Notes under the pieces: model-generated
Told to the model about the DNA's origin: nothing
Database searches by the model: none
The model's input: the letters and a program-made list of their open reading frames with translations, nothing else
From: Halomonadaceae bacterium
Lineage (GTDB): Bacteria; Pseudomonadota; Gammaproteobacteria; Pseudomonadales; Oleiphilaceae
Direction: 5' to 3'
Assembly: GCA_007692645.1 (NCBI GenBank)
Contig: REBR01000267.1
Location: 2,120 to 66,119 of the forward strand
DNA length: 64,000 bases
Made by a program: the position numbers and the translations under genes
In this document: positions 1-11,400 of the stretch, one piece after another
Position numbering within the stretch: the stretch's first letter is position 1
How the letters are laid out: every line of letters starts with the position of its first letter

Positions 1-195
1 AAGGCCCTTGGTCTGGGCTTGGTGGACGGGCTGGGCAGTGCGGGTTACGTTGCCCGTGAAGTGGTGGGTTACGAAGAAATGGTAGACTACAGTTTTGAGG
101 CGTCACCTTTTCAGCGTTTAATGCGCCAACTGGGCACTTCCGTGGGTCGTGGCCTGTCTCAGGCACTGCGAAATGAGGGGCCCCGGCTGCAATAA
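1..195 (+). CDS. S49-family signal peptide peptidase (SppA-like), C-terminal fragment running off the 5-prime edge
   Basis: Open frame from base 1 to TAA at 193-195. It translates to KALGLGLVDGLGSAGYVAREVVGYEEMVDY..., where GLVD.LG is typical of S49 peptidase C-termini. It sits upstream of yceD-rpmF. Partial, so the call is tentative. Confidence 0.5.
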   Translation, partial: KALGLGLVDGLGSAGYVAREVVGYEEMVDYSFEASPFQRLMRQLGTSVGRGLSQALRNEGPRLQ

Positions 196-268
196 TTCGC
201 CGGTGTCTACAGGATAAACACGCGCAGCCTTTGACACAGGAGGGTTTGCGCCATAAAATTGCGCGCTT

Positions 269-814
269 ATGTCGAACGCCGAATTGCCGACCCAGGTCGA
301 CGCTTACAGAATTTTCGAGCAGGACTGCCAGCGACAGGGTCAGTTGCCACTGACAATGTTCCCGCGGTTAGGTGCTTTGCTGGTGTCAGATGAGGGTGAA
401 ATGCACGCCACACTGCATTTTTCCTTCGACAGTGAGAAGCGGCGGGTGCTGCAGGGTTCAGTGCGCTCACAGGTTCAGGTGCGTTGTCAGCGCTGTCTTG
501 AAGCCATGTCCCAGCAATTGGATTCCGACTTTCTGGTAGCCGTTGTGGCCAGCGATGATCTGGCCAGGGAATTACCTGCCGAGTTTGAGCCGGTTATTGT
601 GAGCGAGCAGGAGCTGGATTTGCTGGCATTGCTCGAAGATGAGCTGATCATGGCATTACCGGACTTCCCCCTGCATCAGGAGCAGGAGTGTCCGGCAACG
701 CCAGTACTGGAAGATATCAATGCCAGTGCCAATGCCGAGCTGGCCGATGCAGCACAGGAGAAGGAAAACCCCTTCAGTGTGTTGGCAGACATAAAAGGCA
801 AGTTGGACAAATAA
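269..814 (+). CDS. yceD: YceD/DUF177 large-subunit ribosome accumulation protein
   Basis: 181-aa ORF with a CxxC motif (VRCQRCLE) and an acidic C-terminus. It lies immediately upstream of rpmF-plsX, the universal yceD position. Confidence 0.85.
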   Translation: MSNAELPTQVDAYRIFEQDCQRQGQLPLTMFPRLGALLVSDEGEMHATLHFSFDSEKRRVLQGSVRSQVQVRCQRCLEAMSQQLDSDFLVAVVASDDLARELPAEFEPVIVSEQELDLLALLEDELIMALPDFPLHQEQECPATPVLEDINASANAELADAAQEKENPFSVLADIKGKLDK

Positions 815-887
815 AGTTTCACAGGAATTTTACAGGCCCCAGGCGGCGAAAGCCGGCTGATGCAATATCCGTTCAGGAGAACACGTC

Positions 888-1067
888 ATGGCAGTTCAGA
901 AGAATCGTAAAACCCGCTCCAAGCGTGGCATGCGCCGGTCCCACGACGCGCTGACCAAGCCCACGCTGTCTACCGATCCCACCACCGGTGAGATCCACCG
1001 TCGCCATCATATTACTCCAGACGGTTTTTACCGCGGCAAGAAAGTCATCGAGACCAGCGAAGACTGA
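888..1067 (+). CDS. rpmF: 50S ribosomal protein L32
   Basis: ATG at 888, TGA at 1065-1067. Hand translation gives [59 protein letters not shown]. It is below the 60-aa cutoff, so it is absent from the ORF track. RBS AGGAGA lies upstream. Confidence 0.95.
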   Translation: MAVQKNRKTRSKRGMRRSHDALTKPTLSTDPTTGEIHRRHHITPDGFYRGKKVIETSED

Positions 1068-1072
1068 GTCCT

Positions 1073-2077
1073 GTGACTGACCGCATAACGATTGCCGTTG
1101 ATGCCATGAGTGGTGATCGCGGCGCCGAGTGTGCGGTACAGGCGGCAAAAGCCGCTGTGGAAAGTAGTAAAGCCTTGAGTATTCTGCTGGTGGGCAATCA
1201 GCAGATACTTGAGGCTTTTTTGTGGTCGCCCCACCCGCGCCTGCGCATCGTGGACGCCCCGGACCGGGTGACCATGGATGAGCGCCCCTCCTATGCTTTA
1301 AGGCACAAACAGAACTCTTCCATGGCAGTGGCCCTGCGGCTGGTTCGCGACGGTGAAGCAGACGCCTGTGTCAGTGCCGGCAATACCGGTGCACTGATGG
1401 CCCTGGGTCGCAGCATTGTCAAAACCTACCCCGGTATCGAGCGCCCGGCTATTATCAAGCGCCTTCCCGCCCCCGGCCAGAACTGCTATGTGCTGGACCT
1501 GGGGGCGAATGTGGACGCCAGTGCCGAGCATCTGTTCCAGTTCGCCATTATGGGGTCCCTGATGGCGGAAGCCATTGAAGGCATTGCTGCACCCCGTGTG
1601 GCGCTGCTGAATGTGGGCCAGGAAGCCATCAAGGGCAACGAGCAGGTACGCCTGGCTTCCCATTTGCTCTCGGAAAGTGCCCATCTGCATTACATCGGCT
1701 TTATTGAAGGTCACCAGCTGTTTGATAACGCGGCAGATGTGGTGGTCTGTGACGGCTTTGTCGGCAATATTGCACTGAAAACCGGCGAAGGTGTTGCTGT
1801 CATGTTGATCGATCTGGTGCGTAAGACGTTTGCCTCAAGCCTTTGGGGCCGTGCCGTAGGGATGTTGGCCGCCCCAATTTTACGGCGACTGTTGCGCCGC
1901 ATGGACCCGGCCCGCCACAATGGCGCCAGTTTTATCGGGCTCCAGGGGGTGGTGGTAAAGAGCCACGGTAATGCCTGTGAGCGGGGGCTGCTAGCGGCGA
2001 TCCTGCAGGCAGAGAGGGAAGTGCAGCAGCAGATTCCGCAACGGCTAAACCAACGCCTGGATGAGTTGGTGTTTTAA
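1073..2077 (+). CDS. plsX: phosphate acyltransferase PlsX
   Basis: 334-aa ORF starting ITIAVDAMSGD... with GFVGNIALKTGEG. Conserved rpmF-plsX-fabD order. Confidence 0.95.
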   Translation: MTDRITIAVDAMSGDRGAECAVQAAKAAVESSKALSILLVGNQQILEAFLWSPHPRLRIVDAPDRVTMDERPSYALRHKQNSSMAVALRLVRDGEADACVSAGNTGALMALGRSIVKTYPGIERPAIIKRLPAPGQNCYVLDLGANVDASAEHLFQFAIMGSLMAEAIEGIAAPRVALLNVGQEAIKGNEQVRLASHLLSESAHLHYIGFIEGHQLFDNAADVVVCDGFVGNIALKTGEGVAVMLIDLVRKTFASSLWGRAVGMLAAPILRRLLRRMDPARHNGASFIGLQGVVVKSHGNACERGLLAAILQAEREVQQQIPQRLNQRLDELVF

Positions 2078-2098
2078 TAAAAAAAATGGAGAGCAGCT

Positions 2099-3043
2099 AT
2101 GAAAACAGCTTTCGTATTCCCCGGTCAGGGTTCCCAGAAAGTGGGCATGCTGAGGGAATCAGCAACACAGAATCCTCTGGTAAAATCCACCTTTAATGAA
2201 GCCTCAGAAGTGCTGGGTTATGATTTGTGGCAGCTGTGTCAGGAGGGACCTGAAGAGCGGCTTAACAGCACTGAGGTAACCCAGCCAGCTATATTGACGG
2301 CCAGCGTTGCCCTGTGGCGTTGTTGGCAGTCCGCTGAGGGTTTGACGCCGGCAATGGTGGCAGGCCACAGCCTGGGGGAGTACAGTGCGCTGGTGGCAGC
2401 AGGAAGTTTGGATTTCGCCGACGCCGTGGCCCTGGTCCAAAAACGTGCCCTGGCGATGCAGGCTGCCGTGCCTCAGGGGCAGGGCAGCATGGCGGCCATT
2501 CTGGGCCTTGACGACGCGCAGGTGCAGGTTGCCTGTGAGAGTGCAGCCCAGGGGCAGGTTGTCAGTGCCGTGAATTTTAACGCCCCGGGACAAGTGGTTA
2601 TTGCTGGTCACCGGGATGCTGTAGAGCGTGCCATCCTTGCTTGCAAAGAGGCAGGTGCCAAACGGGCCATGGCTCTGCCGGTGAGCGTTCCGTCTCACTG
2701 TACCCTGATGTTTCCTGCAGCAGATGTCATGGCGCAAGCTCTGGCTGTGACGCAGGTCCGGGATGCGGTGATACCAGTGGTGCAGAATGTGTCCGCAGAG
2801 GCTACCAGTGATGCCTCAGTGATTGCAGATAATCTGGTGAAGCAGTTAGTGTCACCGGTACTCTGGACTGACTCGGTTCGTTCACTGGCTGCAACAGGGT
2901 GTAACACGCTGATAGAGTGTGGTCCGGGGCGGGTGCTGGGGGGGCTGGTCAAGCGTATTGACCGGCAGCTGACCTGTCTGCCACTAGAGACGCCAGAGCA
3001 GCTTCAGGCGGCTTTAATGCAAATGAAAATAACAACAACGTAA
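2099..3043 (+). CDS. fabD: malonyl-CoA:ACP transacylase
   Basis: 314-aa ORF with FVFPGQGSQ and the GHSLGEYSAL active-site serine motif. Confidence 0.95.
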   Translation: MKTAFVFPGQGSQKVGMLRESATQNPLVKSTFNEASEVLGYDLWQLCQEGPEERLNSTEVTQPAILTASVALWRCWQSAEGLTPAMVAGHSLGEYSALVAAGSLDFADAVALVQKRALAMQAAVPQGQGSMAAILGLDDAQVQVACESAAQGQVVSAVNFNAPGQVVIAGHRDAVERAILACKEAGAKRAMALPVSVPSHCTLMFPAADVMAQALAVTQVRDAVIPVVQNVSAEATSDASVIADNLVKQLVSPVLWTDSVRSLAATGCNTLIECGPGRVLGGLVKRIDRQLTCLPLETPEQLQAALMQMKITTT

Positions 3044-3073
3044 AGGTCTTCCCAGTAAGGCCGGAGGAACAGT

Positions 3074-3817
3074 ATGACGCTCACAGGCAAAATCGCCCTG
3101 GTGACCGGCGCCAGTCGCGGCATCGGTGCCGCCACCCTGATGGCATTAGCGCGCCAGGGTGCTACCGTGATTGGCACTGCGACCAGTGAGTCCGGTGCCC
3201 AGGGGATCAGCCAGGCACTGGCCAGTGAAAACCTGCCCGGTACCGGTCAGGTCCTTAACGTCACCGATCCCGATAGCGTGACGGCTACCCTGAAACAGAT
3301 CAGCACCGATTATGGCCCCCCGGAAATACTGGTGAACAACGCCGGTATCACCCGGGATGGCCTGATGATGCGCATGAAAGAAGAAGACTGGCAGTCCACA
3401 TTAGACGCCAACCTCAGCGGTGCCTGGCGGGTCAGTAAAGCCTGTTTACGTGGCATGACCAAGGCCCGCCGTGGGCGCATTATCAATATCAGCTCCATCG
3501 TTGCCCGCATGGGAAACCCCGGGCAAACCAACTATTGCGCCAGTAAGGCCGGGCTCGAGGGTTTTACCCGCAGTCTGGCCCGGGAAATTGCCGGCCGTGG
3601 CATTACTGTTAATGCCGTAGCGCCAGGATTTATCGCCACAGACATGACCCGGGAGCTTGACGACAGCCAGCGTCAGGCTATGCTCGCTGCAGTTCCCCTG
3701 GGGCGTCTGGGTGAGCCAGAGGAAGTGGCCGCACTGGTGGCTTTTCTGGCATCGGATCACGCCGCATACATTACTGGAGAAACTATTCAGGTGAATGGCG
3801 GCATGTATATGGCCTAA
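3074..3817 (+). CDS. fabG: 3-oxoacyl-ACP reductase
   Basis: 247-aa SDR with TGASRGIG, NNAGI and YCASKAG motifs, ending GGMYMA. Confidence 0.95.
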   Translation: MTLTGKIALVTGASRGIGAATLMALARQGATVIGTATSESGAQGISQALASENLPGTGQVLNVTDPDSVTATLKQISTDYGPPEILVNNAGITRDGLMMRMKEEDWQSTLDANLSGAWRVSKACLRGMTKARRGRIINISSIVARMGNPGQTNYCASKAGLEGFTRSLAREIAGRGITVNAVAPGFIATDMTRELDDSQRQAMLAAVPLGRLGEPEEVAALVAFLASDHAAYITGETIQVNGGMYMA

Positions 3818-3950
3818 GGGCCGACTGAAACGTCGCTACGGGCTCGCAGCATAGTGAAGTCGGCTCTGTCTGACCTGCTTGTTTGCCAATAGCGATTCAT
3901 CTAAACTGGCACCCTCTCAGTGCCGGTCATGTAATAAGAGTGAGGACGTT

Positions 3951-4184
3951 ATGAGTACTATTGAAGATCGCGTTAAGAAGATTGTTTGCGAACAGCTCGG
4001 TGTAAAAGAGTCTGAAGTACAGAACACATCTTCTTTCGTAGAAGATCTTGGTGCAGATTCCCTGGATACCGTGGAACTGGTGATGGCACTGGAAGAAGAA
4101 TTTGAAACTGAAATTCCCGATGAAGAAGCAGAAAAGCTGGCGACAGTGAAAGACGCCATTGTCTACATCGAATCACACAGCTGA
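3951..4184 (+). CDS. acpP: acyl carrier protein
   Basis: Internal ATG of ORF 3879..4184. Sequence [12 protein letters not shown]...[20 protein letters not shown] carries the DSLD phosphopantetheine site. Confidence 0.97.
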   Translation: MSTIEDRVKKIVCEQLGVKESEVQNTSSFVEDLGADSLDTVELVMALEEEFETEIPDEEAEKLATVKDAIVYIESHS

Positions 4185-4223
4185 AGCTGTGTTTCGGTGA
4201 TCCATGGATAGGCCATGCTCAAG

Positions 4224-4256
4224 AAGCCGCCCCTAGTTTTCGAGGGCGGCTTTTTT
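4224..4256 (+). terminator. rho-independent terminator after acpP
   Basis: Stem AAGCCGCCC / GGGCGGCTT followed by a T-run ending at 4256. Confidence 0.7.
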
Positions 4257-4288
4257 AATGGTTACGGATAGCACACAGAGGTCTGATT

Positions 4289-5536
4289 ATGTCTGCACGA
4301 CGTGTGGTAATTACAGGATTGGGAATGCTGACGCCCCTGGGGAATGATGTAGCCAGCACTTGGCAGGGCATCCAGGCAGGGCGCAGTGGCATTGCCGCCA
4401 TTGATCGCTTTGACACTGAAGGGTTTTCCACCCGTATTGGTGGTGCCATCAAGGGTCTCGAACTGGGTGATTACCTGAACCCGAAAGACGTACGCAAAAT
4501 GGATACCTTTCTGCAGTACGGCATGGTGGCCGGTATCCAGGCGATACAGGACTCCGGACTGATGGACACTCCTGGTCTGGACCCTGACCGGGTCGGCCTT
4601 GCTATCGGTTCCGGCATTGGTGGCCTGGAGTTTATCGAAAAAAGCCACAAAGCCCTGCTCAACAGCGGCCCGCGAAAAGTCTCGCCGTTCTTTGTGCCCG
4701 CCTCGGTCATCAACATGGTCTCCGGCAATCTGGCCATCCGTTACGGATTGCGCGGTCCCAATATCGCCATTACCACAGCTTGCACTACCGGTACCCATAA
4801 TATTGGCTATGCCGCCCGAACCATTGCCTATGGTGATGCAGATGCCATGGTGGCCGGTGGTGCTGAAATGGCCACAACCCCCACCGGGCTTGCGGGCTTT
4901 GCCGCTGCCCGAGCCTTATCCGGACGTAACGAAGCGCCGGAACAGGCCAGCCGCCCCTGGGACCGGGACCGGGACGGTTTTGTGCTCAGTGACGGTGCCG
5001 GCATTATGGTTCTGGAAGAGCTGGAACATGCCCGTGCCCGGGGCGCCAACATCGTGGCGGAGCTGGTGGGCTTTGGTATGAGCGATGACGCCCACCATAT
5101 GACAGCACCCCCGGAAGACGGCAGTGGCGCCCGTAAGGCCATGTTGAACGCCCTGGGGGATGCCCGGCTTAATCCCACCGATGTGGACTACATCAATGCC
5201 CACGGCACCAGTACTTTGGTGGGGGATGTGGCAGAAGTGCGGGCAGTGCGTGGTGCCCTTGGGGACCATGCTGACAAGGTGGCTGTCAGTAGCACCAAGT
5301 CCATGACCGGGCATTTGTTGGGGGCTGCGGGGGCAGTGGAGGCGATATTTTCCGTGCTGGCCATCCGCGACGGCATTCTGCCCCCGACGATTAATCTGGA
5401 TAACCCGGATACCGGTTGCGACCTGGACTTTGTCAGTGACGGTGCCCGCCAGGCAACGGTCAATGTCAGTCTGTCCAACTCCTTTGGCTTTGGCGGCACC
5501 AACGGCACACTGGTGTTTCGCCGGTTTCAGGACTGA
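4289..5536 (+). CDS. fabF: 3-oxoacyl-ACP synthase II
   Basis: 415-aa ORF starting RRVVITGLG, with active-site Cys context [13 protein letters not shown] and SFGFGGTNG. Confidence 0.95.
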   Translation: MSARRVVITGLGMLTPLGNDVASTWQGIQAGRSGIAAIDRFDTEGFSTRIGGAIKGLELGDYLNPKDVRKMDTFLQYGMVAGIQAIQDSGLMDTPGLDPDRVGLAIGSGIGGLEFIEKSHKALLNSGPRKVSPFFVPASVINMVSGNLAIRYGLRGPNIAITTACTTGTHNIGYAARTIAYGDADAMVAGGAEMATTPTGLAGFAAARALSGRNEAPEQASRPWDRDRDGFVLSDGAGIMVLEELEHARARGANIVAELVGFGMSDDAHHMTAPPEDGSGARKAMLNALGDARLNPTDVDYINAHGTSTLVGDVAEVRAVRGALGDHADKVAVSSTKSMTGHLLGAAGAVEAIFSVLAIRDGILPPTINLDNPDTGCDLDFVSDGARQATVNVSLSNSFGFGGTNGTLVFRRFQD

Positions 5537-6417
5537 TGGCGGGTAAAAAGCTTCAAGGCATCGGTTTGCCGGGTTCTGGCTGTGAGTGGTTCTGGCCCGG
5601 TGAAGACTGCCGGGTTCCCCTGGACGACCGTGGCCTGGCCTATGCTGACGGTCTGTTTGAAACATTGCGGGTAAATCACCAGGGCCCGGTGCTCATGGCA
5701 GAGCACCGGGCCAGGTTATTGCACAGCGCCCATCAACTGGAAATCCCCTTCGGTCCCACGGATTTTGATGAATGGCAGCAGCAGGCCAGTCAACGGGGTT
5801 TGCTGAAATGCCGTGCCGGAAACGACCAGATTCTGAAAATCACCCTGACACGGGGCTCCGGAGGCCGCGGCTATGGTCGCCCGGAAAAACCCCGGCCTCG
5901 GGTGCTGACGGCACGTCTGCAGGCACCACCTATTCCCCAAGGTTCGGTGAAAGCCCAGTTGTGCCGATATCCGGTGCAGGTGGCCCCGCACCGGGCCGGC
6001 CTAAAGACCCTGGAGAAACTGGATCAGGTGATGGCCAGCCGGGAGCTGCGTGGCGATGTGTTTGAAGGGCTGATGCCAGACAGTGCCGGCCACATAGTGG
6101 AAGGCACCCGTAGTAATCTATTGCTACTGTTATCAGACCGCCATCTGGTGACGCCACCGTCCCGGTCACTGGCAGTGCAGGGAACCCTGCGGGACTGGCT
6201 AATCCGGGAATTACCGACCCGGGGCCTGCGGGTGCGGGAGTCGGCATTGACCCTGAGCATGCTGAAGCGGGCTCAGGGGGTGGCAGTGGTCAACAGTGTC
6301 TTTGGCGTGGTACCACTGGCTGAGTTGGACGGTGTAACCCTCGGGCAGCACCCGCTGTTGGAAGACATTCGAGACTGGTGCGCCCAGCAAATCGGGTTAG
6401 CCGCTGGTACAACCTGA
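5536..6417 (+). CDS. pabC: aminodeoxychorismate lyase (class IV aminotransferase fold)
   Basis: 293-aa ORF with DRGLAYADGLFET near the N-terminus. Its ATG overlaps the fabF stop, and it holds the conserved slot between fabF and mltG. The exact start is uncertain. Confidence 0.75.
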   Translation: MAGKKLQGIGLPGSGCEWFWPGEDCRVPLDDRGLAYADGLFETLRVNHQGPVLMAEHRARLLHSAHQLEIPFGPTDFDEWQQQASQRGLLKCRAGNDQILKITLTRGSGGRGYGRPEKPRPRVLTARLQAPPIPQGSVKAQLCRYPVQVAPHRAGLKTLEKLDQVMASRELRGDVFEGLMPDSAGHIVEGTRSNLLLLLSDRHLVTPPSRSLAVQGTLRDWLIRELPTRGLRVRESALTLSMLKRAQGVAVVNSVFGVVPLAELDGVTLGQHPLLEDIRDWCAQQIGLAAGTT

Positions 6418-6445
6418 GTGACGATAACGACATAAGGCATTTATC

Positions 6446-7579
6446 GTGGTTAAACGAGTCATTATGACCATGGCAGCCCTGGTCCTGTTTCTGGGGGTGT
6501 CTGCCGGGTTTCTGGTCTGGCAGCAGATGGCACAGCTGCAGGTTGCCGCTCCCATCAGTGAACCTCAGGTGCTGGAGGTGTCCCAGGGCACCCCCTTTAT
6601 CCATATTGTGCGGGCCATGGAAGACCGTGGCTGGGTAGAGCGGGGAGAGTGGCTGCGCCTGTATACCCGCTTCAACCCGGAGCTTGGGGCCCTGCAGGCT
6701 GGCTACTATGAATTCAAGCCCGGCATGAGTCCCGTGGATATGCTCACCATGATGGCTGCAGGTAAAAGTAAGCGCTGGCCGATCCGTTTTCTGGAAGGCT
6801 GGACCTTTGCGCAGATGCGCCAGGAACTGGCCCGCCACGAGCAGTTGCAGCAAACCCTGCCTGGGCTGAGCAATGAGGAAGTGATGCAGGCCCTGGGCAT
6901 GGACGAGGATATGCACCCGGAAGGCTGGTTTTTCCCAGATACCTATAATTACCGGGCAGGTCAGAGTGACATGAGTATTCTGCGCCAGGCCTTCAACACC
7001 ATGAACCGGACCCTGGCCAATGAATGGGAGGCGCGCATGGAGGGGCTGCCCTATGAGACTCCTTATGAAGCGTTGATCATGGCCTCCATTGTAGAGCGGG
7101 AAACCGGTGCGCCCCACGAACGGGGTGAAGTGGCCGGTGTCTTTGTCCGCCGCCTGGATAAAGGCATGCGCCTGCAAACTGACCCGACGGTGATTTATGG
7201 TATGGGGGAACGCTACCAGGGGCGTATTACCCGCTCTGACCTGCAGGAACACACCCCATGGAACACCTACCGGATTAGTGGTCTGCCTCCTACGCCCATC
7301 GCCATGCCCGGGCAGGGAGCGATTCATGCGGCCCTGAACCCAGAAGACGGCGACACCTTCTATTTTGTTGCCCGTGGCGATGGTACCCACCAGTTCTCCC
7401 GCACCCTGGCAGAACACAACCGGGCAGTGCGGGAGTTCCAGTTGCAGCGCCGTTCTGATTACCGCTCCTCCCCGGCGCCGGTTACTGGGCCAGACCCCCA
7501 ATCCAGTGAGGAAGAGGTTGCTGAAGAAGAGCCCACGGCGCCAATCAGCGATGATAGGGAGGCACAGGATAATGACTGA
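6446..7579 (+). CDS. mltG: endolytic murein transglycosylase MltG (YceG family)
   Basis: 377-aa ORF with an N-terminal TM segment and YceG motifs (ASIVERET, LQTDPTVIYG, YNTY). It has an unusual acidic, disordered tail of about 40 aa. Confidence 0.9.
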   Translation: MVKRVIMTMAALVLFLGVSAGFLVWQQMAQLQVAAPISEPQVLEVSQGTPFIHIVRAMEDRGWVERGEWLRLYTRFNPELGALQAGYYEFKPGMSPVDMLTMMAAGKSKRWPIRFLEGWTFAQMRQELARHEQLQQTLPGLSNEEVMQALGMDEDMHPEGWFFPDTYNYRAGQSDMSILRQAFNTMNRTLANEWEARMEGLPYETPYEALIMASIVERETGAPHERGEVAGVFVRRLDKGMRLQTDPTVIYGMGERYQGRITRSDLQEHTPWNTYRISGLPPTPIAMPGQGAIHAALNPEDGDTFYFVARGDGTHQFSRTLAEHNRAVREFQLQRRSDYRSSPAPVTGPDPQSSEEEVAEEEPTAPISDDREAQDND

Positions 7580-8219
7580 GCCCAGACGCGGTCTGTTTAT
7601 CACGATGGAAGGTACAGAAGGGGTGGGGAAGTCCACCAACATGGAATTTCTGGCAAATCAGCTGGCAGCCCGTGGCATAGACTATGTGGTCACCCGCGAG
7701 CCTGGTGGAACCCCCATGGCGGAAGAAATCCGGGAGCTGTTGCTGCGCCGCCGTGAGGAGCCGGTTCAGGGCCTGACAGAGCTGCTGCTGATGTTTGCCG
7801 CCCGATCCCAGCATCTGCACAGCTTTATTCTGCCCCGTTTAAAGGAGGGGGTCTGGGTGCTCTGTGACCGTTTTACCGATGCCACCTATGCTTACCAGGG
7901 AGGGGGCCGGCAAATGCCCATGGAGCAGGTACAACTATTGGAACAACTGGTACAGGGAGACCGGCGGCCAGACCATGTGCTGCTGCTGGATGCCCCCGTT
8001 GCTGTGGGAATGCAGCGCATTCGTGGTCGGGATCTGGCGCCGGATCGGTTTGAGCAGGAGCAGCAGGCATTTTTTCAGCGGGTACAGGATGTTTACCGGG
8101 AACGGGCCCGGCAGGCGCCGGAGCGTTATCATCAGATCGATGCCAGCCAGCCCCTGAATCAGGTGCAGAGTGACCTTTCTGCAGTTCTCGATACAATCAT
8201 CATGGGAAGGCACCACTAA
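7572..8219 (+). CDS. tmk: thymidylate kinase
   Basis: Internal ATG of ORF 7365..8219. MTEPRRGLFITMEGTEGVGKST contains the P-loop. The start overlaps the mltG stop by 8 nt (ATGACTGA). Confidence 0.92.
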   Translation: MTEPRRGLFITMEGTEGVGKSTNMEFLANQLAARGIDYVVTREPGGTPMAEEIRELLLRRREEPVQGLTELLLMFAARSQHLHSFILPRLKEGVWVLCDRFTDATYAYQGGGRQMPMEQVQLLEQLVQGDRRPDHVLLLDAPVAVGMQRIRGRDLAPDRFEQEQQAFFQRVQDVYRERARQAPERYHQIDASQPLNQVQSDLSAVLDTIIMGRHH

Positions 8220-8404
8220 CCCGTTAACCCGCGCAGCGCAACTCCTTTAGGTGAGCTCAGACTGCCGTTCGGTAACAGAAAGCCACCGACGGTATAGTAA
8301 AGTTACCAGAAATATCGACAAACTGGCCTCTTCTGCTTTAATGAACTCAGTCCTATTCCCATTCGTAATGGTTAAGGACACTTAGAGTTTTCAAGGGAGG
8401 CCCC

Positions 8405-11400
8405 ATGTTTGACGCAAGTCGTGTTTTGAATTCCTCGTTCAATGATGAACCCCGAGATCAGCTATGGCAGGGGATCATCAACAACCATTTCGTTGACGAA
8501 ACGGCCTACCTTGAATCCCTGATGTCCCTGGCCACCCCAGACAGCAGTCACCGTAAAGCCATTGAAGAGCAGGCCAGCGCCATCATTCGTGATGTGCGGG
8601 ATCAAGACGAATCCGTACACATGGTGGATGCACTGTTGCAGGAATACAGCCTGGATACGGAAGAGGGGGTATTGCTGATGTGTCTGGCGGAAGCCCTGAT
8701 GCGGATTCCAGACTCCCATACCGCCGACGCCCTGATTAAAGACAAAATGGGGGATGCGGACTGGAAAAAGCACATGGGCCGCAGTGAGTCTGTGCTGGTG
8801 AATGCCTCCACTTGGGGCATGTTGCTCACCGGCAAAGTGGTCAAGCTCGACAGTCCCTTGGATGGCCAACCCCGCAGTATCTGGAAACGCCTGATCAACC
8901 GGGCCGGTGAACCGGTGATCCGCAAAGCCATGTACCAGGCCATGGGCATTATGGGTCGCCAGTTTGTGCTGGGCAGGGACATTGATGAAGCCCTTGATAA
9001 CGGCCGTGAAAGCCGCGACAAGGGTTACAGCTACTCCTTTGATATGTTGGGGGAGGCGGCCCTTACCCAGGAAGATGCAGACAAGTATTTTGACCATTAC
9101 TGGAAAGCCATCGAAGCCGTGGGTAACAACCGTTACCCCCGGGGTAAAGTGCCGGTACCTTCCGTTTCTATCAAATTGTCCGCCCTGCATTTCCGTTATC
9201 ACCGTTCCCATCAGGAGCGGGTTCATGGAGAACTGGTGCCTACTGTTCGGCGACTGGTGAAACATGCCCGTGGTTTGGGTGTGCCACTGACGGTGGATGC
9301 AGAGGAGATGGACCGCCTGGAACTGTCCCTTGAAGTCTTTGCGGCGGTCTATCAGTCAGAAGAAGCCCAAGGCTGGGGAGAGTTTGGCCTGGCGGTTCAG
9401 GGCTACTCCAAACTGGCACTGCCGGTACTGAGCTGGCTGAATGCCCTGTCTCGGGAGCAGGGGGACCTGATACCCGTGCGGCTGGTGAAAGGTGCTTACT
9501 GGGATACGGAAATCAAGCACTGTCAGCAGCTGGGCACCAGGGCCTACCCGGTGTTTACCCGTAAAGAAGGCACCGACCTGTCCTATCTGGCCTGTGCCCG
9601 CTACCTGTTGAGCCCCGGTGTACAGGGCAATATTTACCCCCAGTTTGCCAGCCATAACGCTCACACCGTGGCTTCTGTTTTGCATTACGCCCGCCAGGAA
9701 CCCACAGCGGTGTTTGAATTCCAGCGCCTCCATGGCATGGGGGATGCGCTCTATGGCGCCGTTATGAAAGACAAGGGCATTCCAGTACGCATTTATGCGC
9801 CAGTGGGTGCCCATAAAGATCTGCTGCCTTACCTGGTGCGGCGGTTGCTGGAAAACGGCGCCAACTCCTCCTTCGTACACCGGGTGGTAGATGCGGAAAC
9901 TCCGATTGAGGACCTGGTACAGCACCCGGTCACTGTGCTGAAAAGCTATGCCAGCTATCACGATCCAAGGATTCCTCTGCCACAGGACATCTACGGCAAG
10001 CACCGGCGCAACTCCAAAGGCCAGAATCTGATGGTGCTGAGCGATCTGGAACCTTTGGTGGCAGCCATTAACCGGTGGTCGGGCCACCATTGGACCGGGG
10101 CCCCCATTATTAACGGCAAAGACCGCCGTGAGGGCTCACCAAGCACCGTGGCCAACCCCGCAGACCGGGATCACACCACCGGGCAGATCTACTGGAGCCG
10201 CCCGGAACAGGTAACAGAGGCCCTGGAGCTGGCCACTGCCGGCAGCAAGCTGTGGCGTAAAACCGCAGCGGAAAGCAGGGCCCAGTGCCTGGAGCGTTTT
10301 GCGGACCTGATGGAAGCTAACCATGCAGAGCTGATGGCCCTGTGCACCCGGGAAGCGGGAAAGACTCTGCAGGATGGCATTGACGAAGTGCGGGAAGCGG
10401 TGGATTTCTGCCGTTACTACGCCAATCAGGCCCGGGATAAATTTGCCCAGGCCACCCCATTGCCTGGCCCCACCGGGGAGTCCAACGAAATCTATCTGGA
10501 AGGGCGCGGGGTGTTTCTCTGTATCAGCCCCTGGAACTTTCCTCTGGCCATTTTTGCCGGCCAGATCATGGCGGCACTGGCCGCTGGCAATGCGGTGCTG
10601 GCCAAGCCCGCAGAACAGACCAGCCTGGTGGCCCATCGGGCGGTGCAACTGATGCTGGAGGCGGGCTTTCCGCCAGAAGTTATCCAGTTGCTTCCCGGTG
10701 ACGGTGCCGGCATTGGTAAACAGCTACTGCCGGATGCCCGGGTCAGTGGCGTCACCTTTACCGGTTCCACCGGCACTGCCCATGTGATTAACCGTGCCCT
10801 GGCAGCCCGTGAGGGAGCCATTGTGCCGCTGATTGCCGAGACCGGTGGCCAGAACGCCATGATTGTGGACAGCAGTGCGCTGCCTGAGCAGGTGGTACGG
10901 GATGTTCTGCAGTCCGCATTTGCCAGTGCCGGCCAGCGCTGCTCCGCCTTGCGGGTGCTCTATGTGCAGGAAGATGTGGCGGATACTATTGAAACGCTGC
11001 TGGTGGGTGCCATGAAAGAGTTGCACCCGGGTAACCCGGCGGAACTGAAAACTGATGTGGGGCCTGTGATTGATGAACAGGCCCGGGAACTGCTGAACCG
11101 CCACTGTAAAAACCTCCGTGACAGCGGCTATCGCCTGATTGGGGAAACGCCCCTGCCCAAGGGCACGGACAAAGGGTGTTTTGTGGCTCCTCAGGCCTTT
11201 GCCATTAGCAGTATCAATGATCTGAAGCAGGAAAACTTCGGTCCCATCCTCCATGTGGTGCGCTACAAGGCCCGTGAGCTTGACCGGGTCATTGATGAAA
11301 TTAATGAGGCGGGTTATGGCCTGACCCTGGGTATCCACAGCCGCAGTGAATCCACGGCGGAATATATCGAATCCCGGGTCCGGGTGGGCAACACCTACAT

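Noticed and set aside
7365-7571. Upstream extension of the tmk ORF.
   Set aside because: It overlaps the mltG coding frame. The P-loop protein begins at the ATG at 7572 with the common ATGA-type overlap.
6290-7642. 450-aa ORF on the minus strand, antisense to mltG.
   Set aside because: It lies entirely within a confidently assigned gene on the other strand. The translation is low-complexity (Gly/Pro/Arg/His-rich) with no recognisable motifs. This is the typical stop-free antisense frame of GC-rich DNA.
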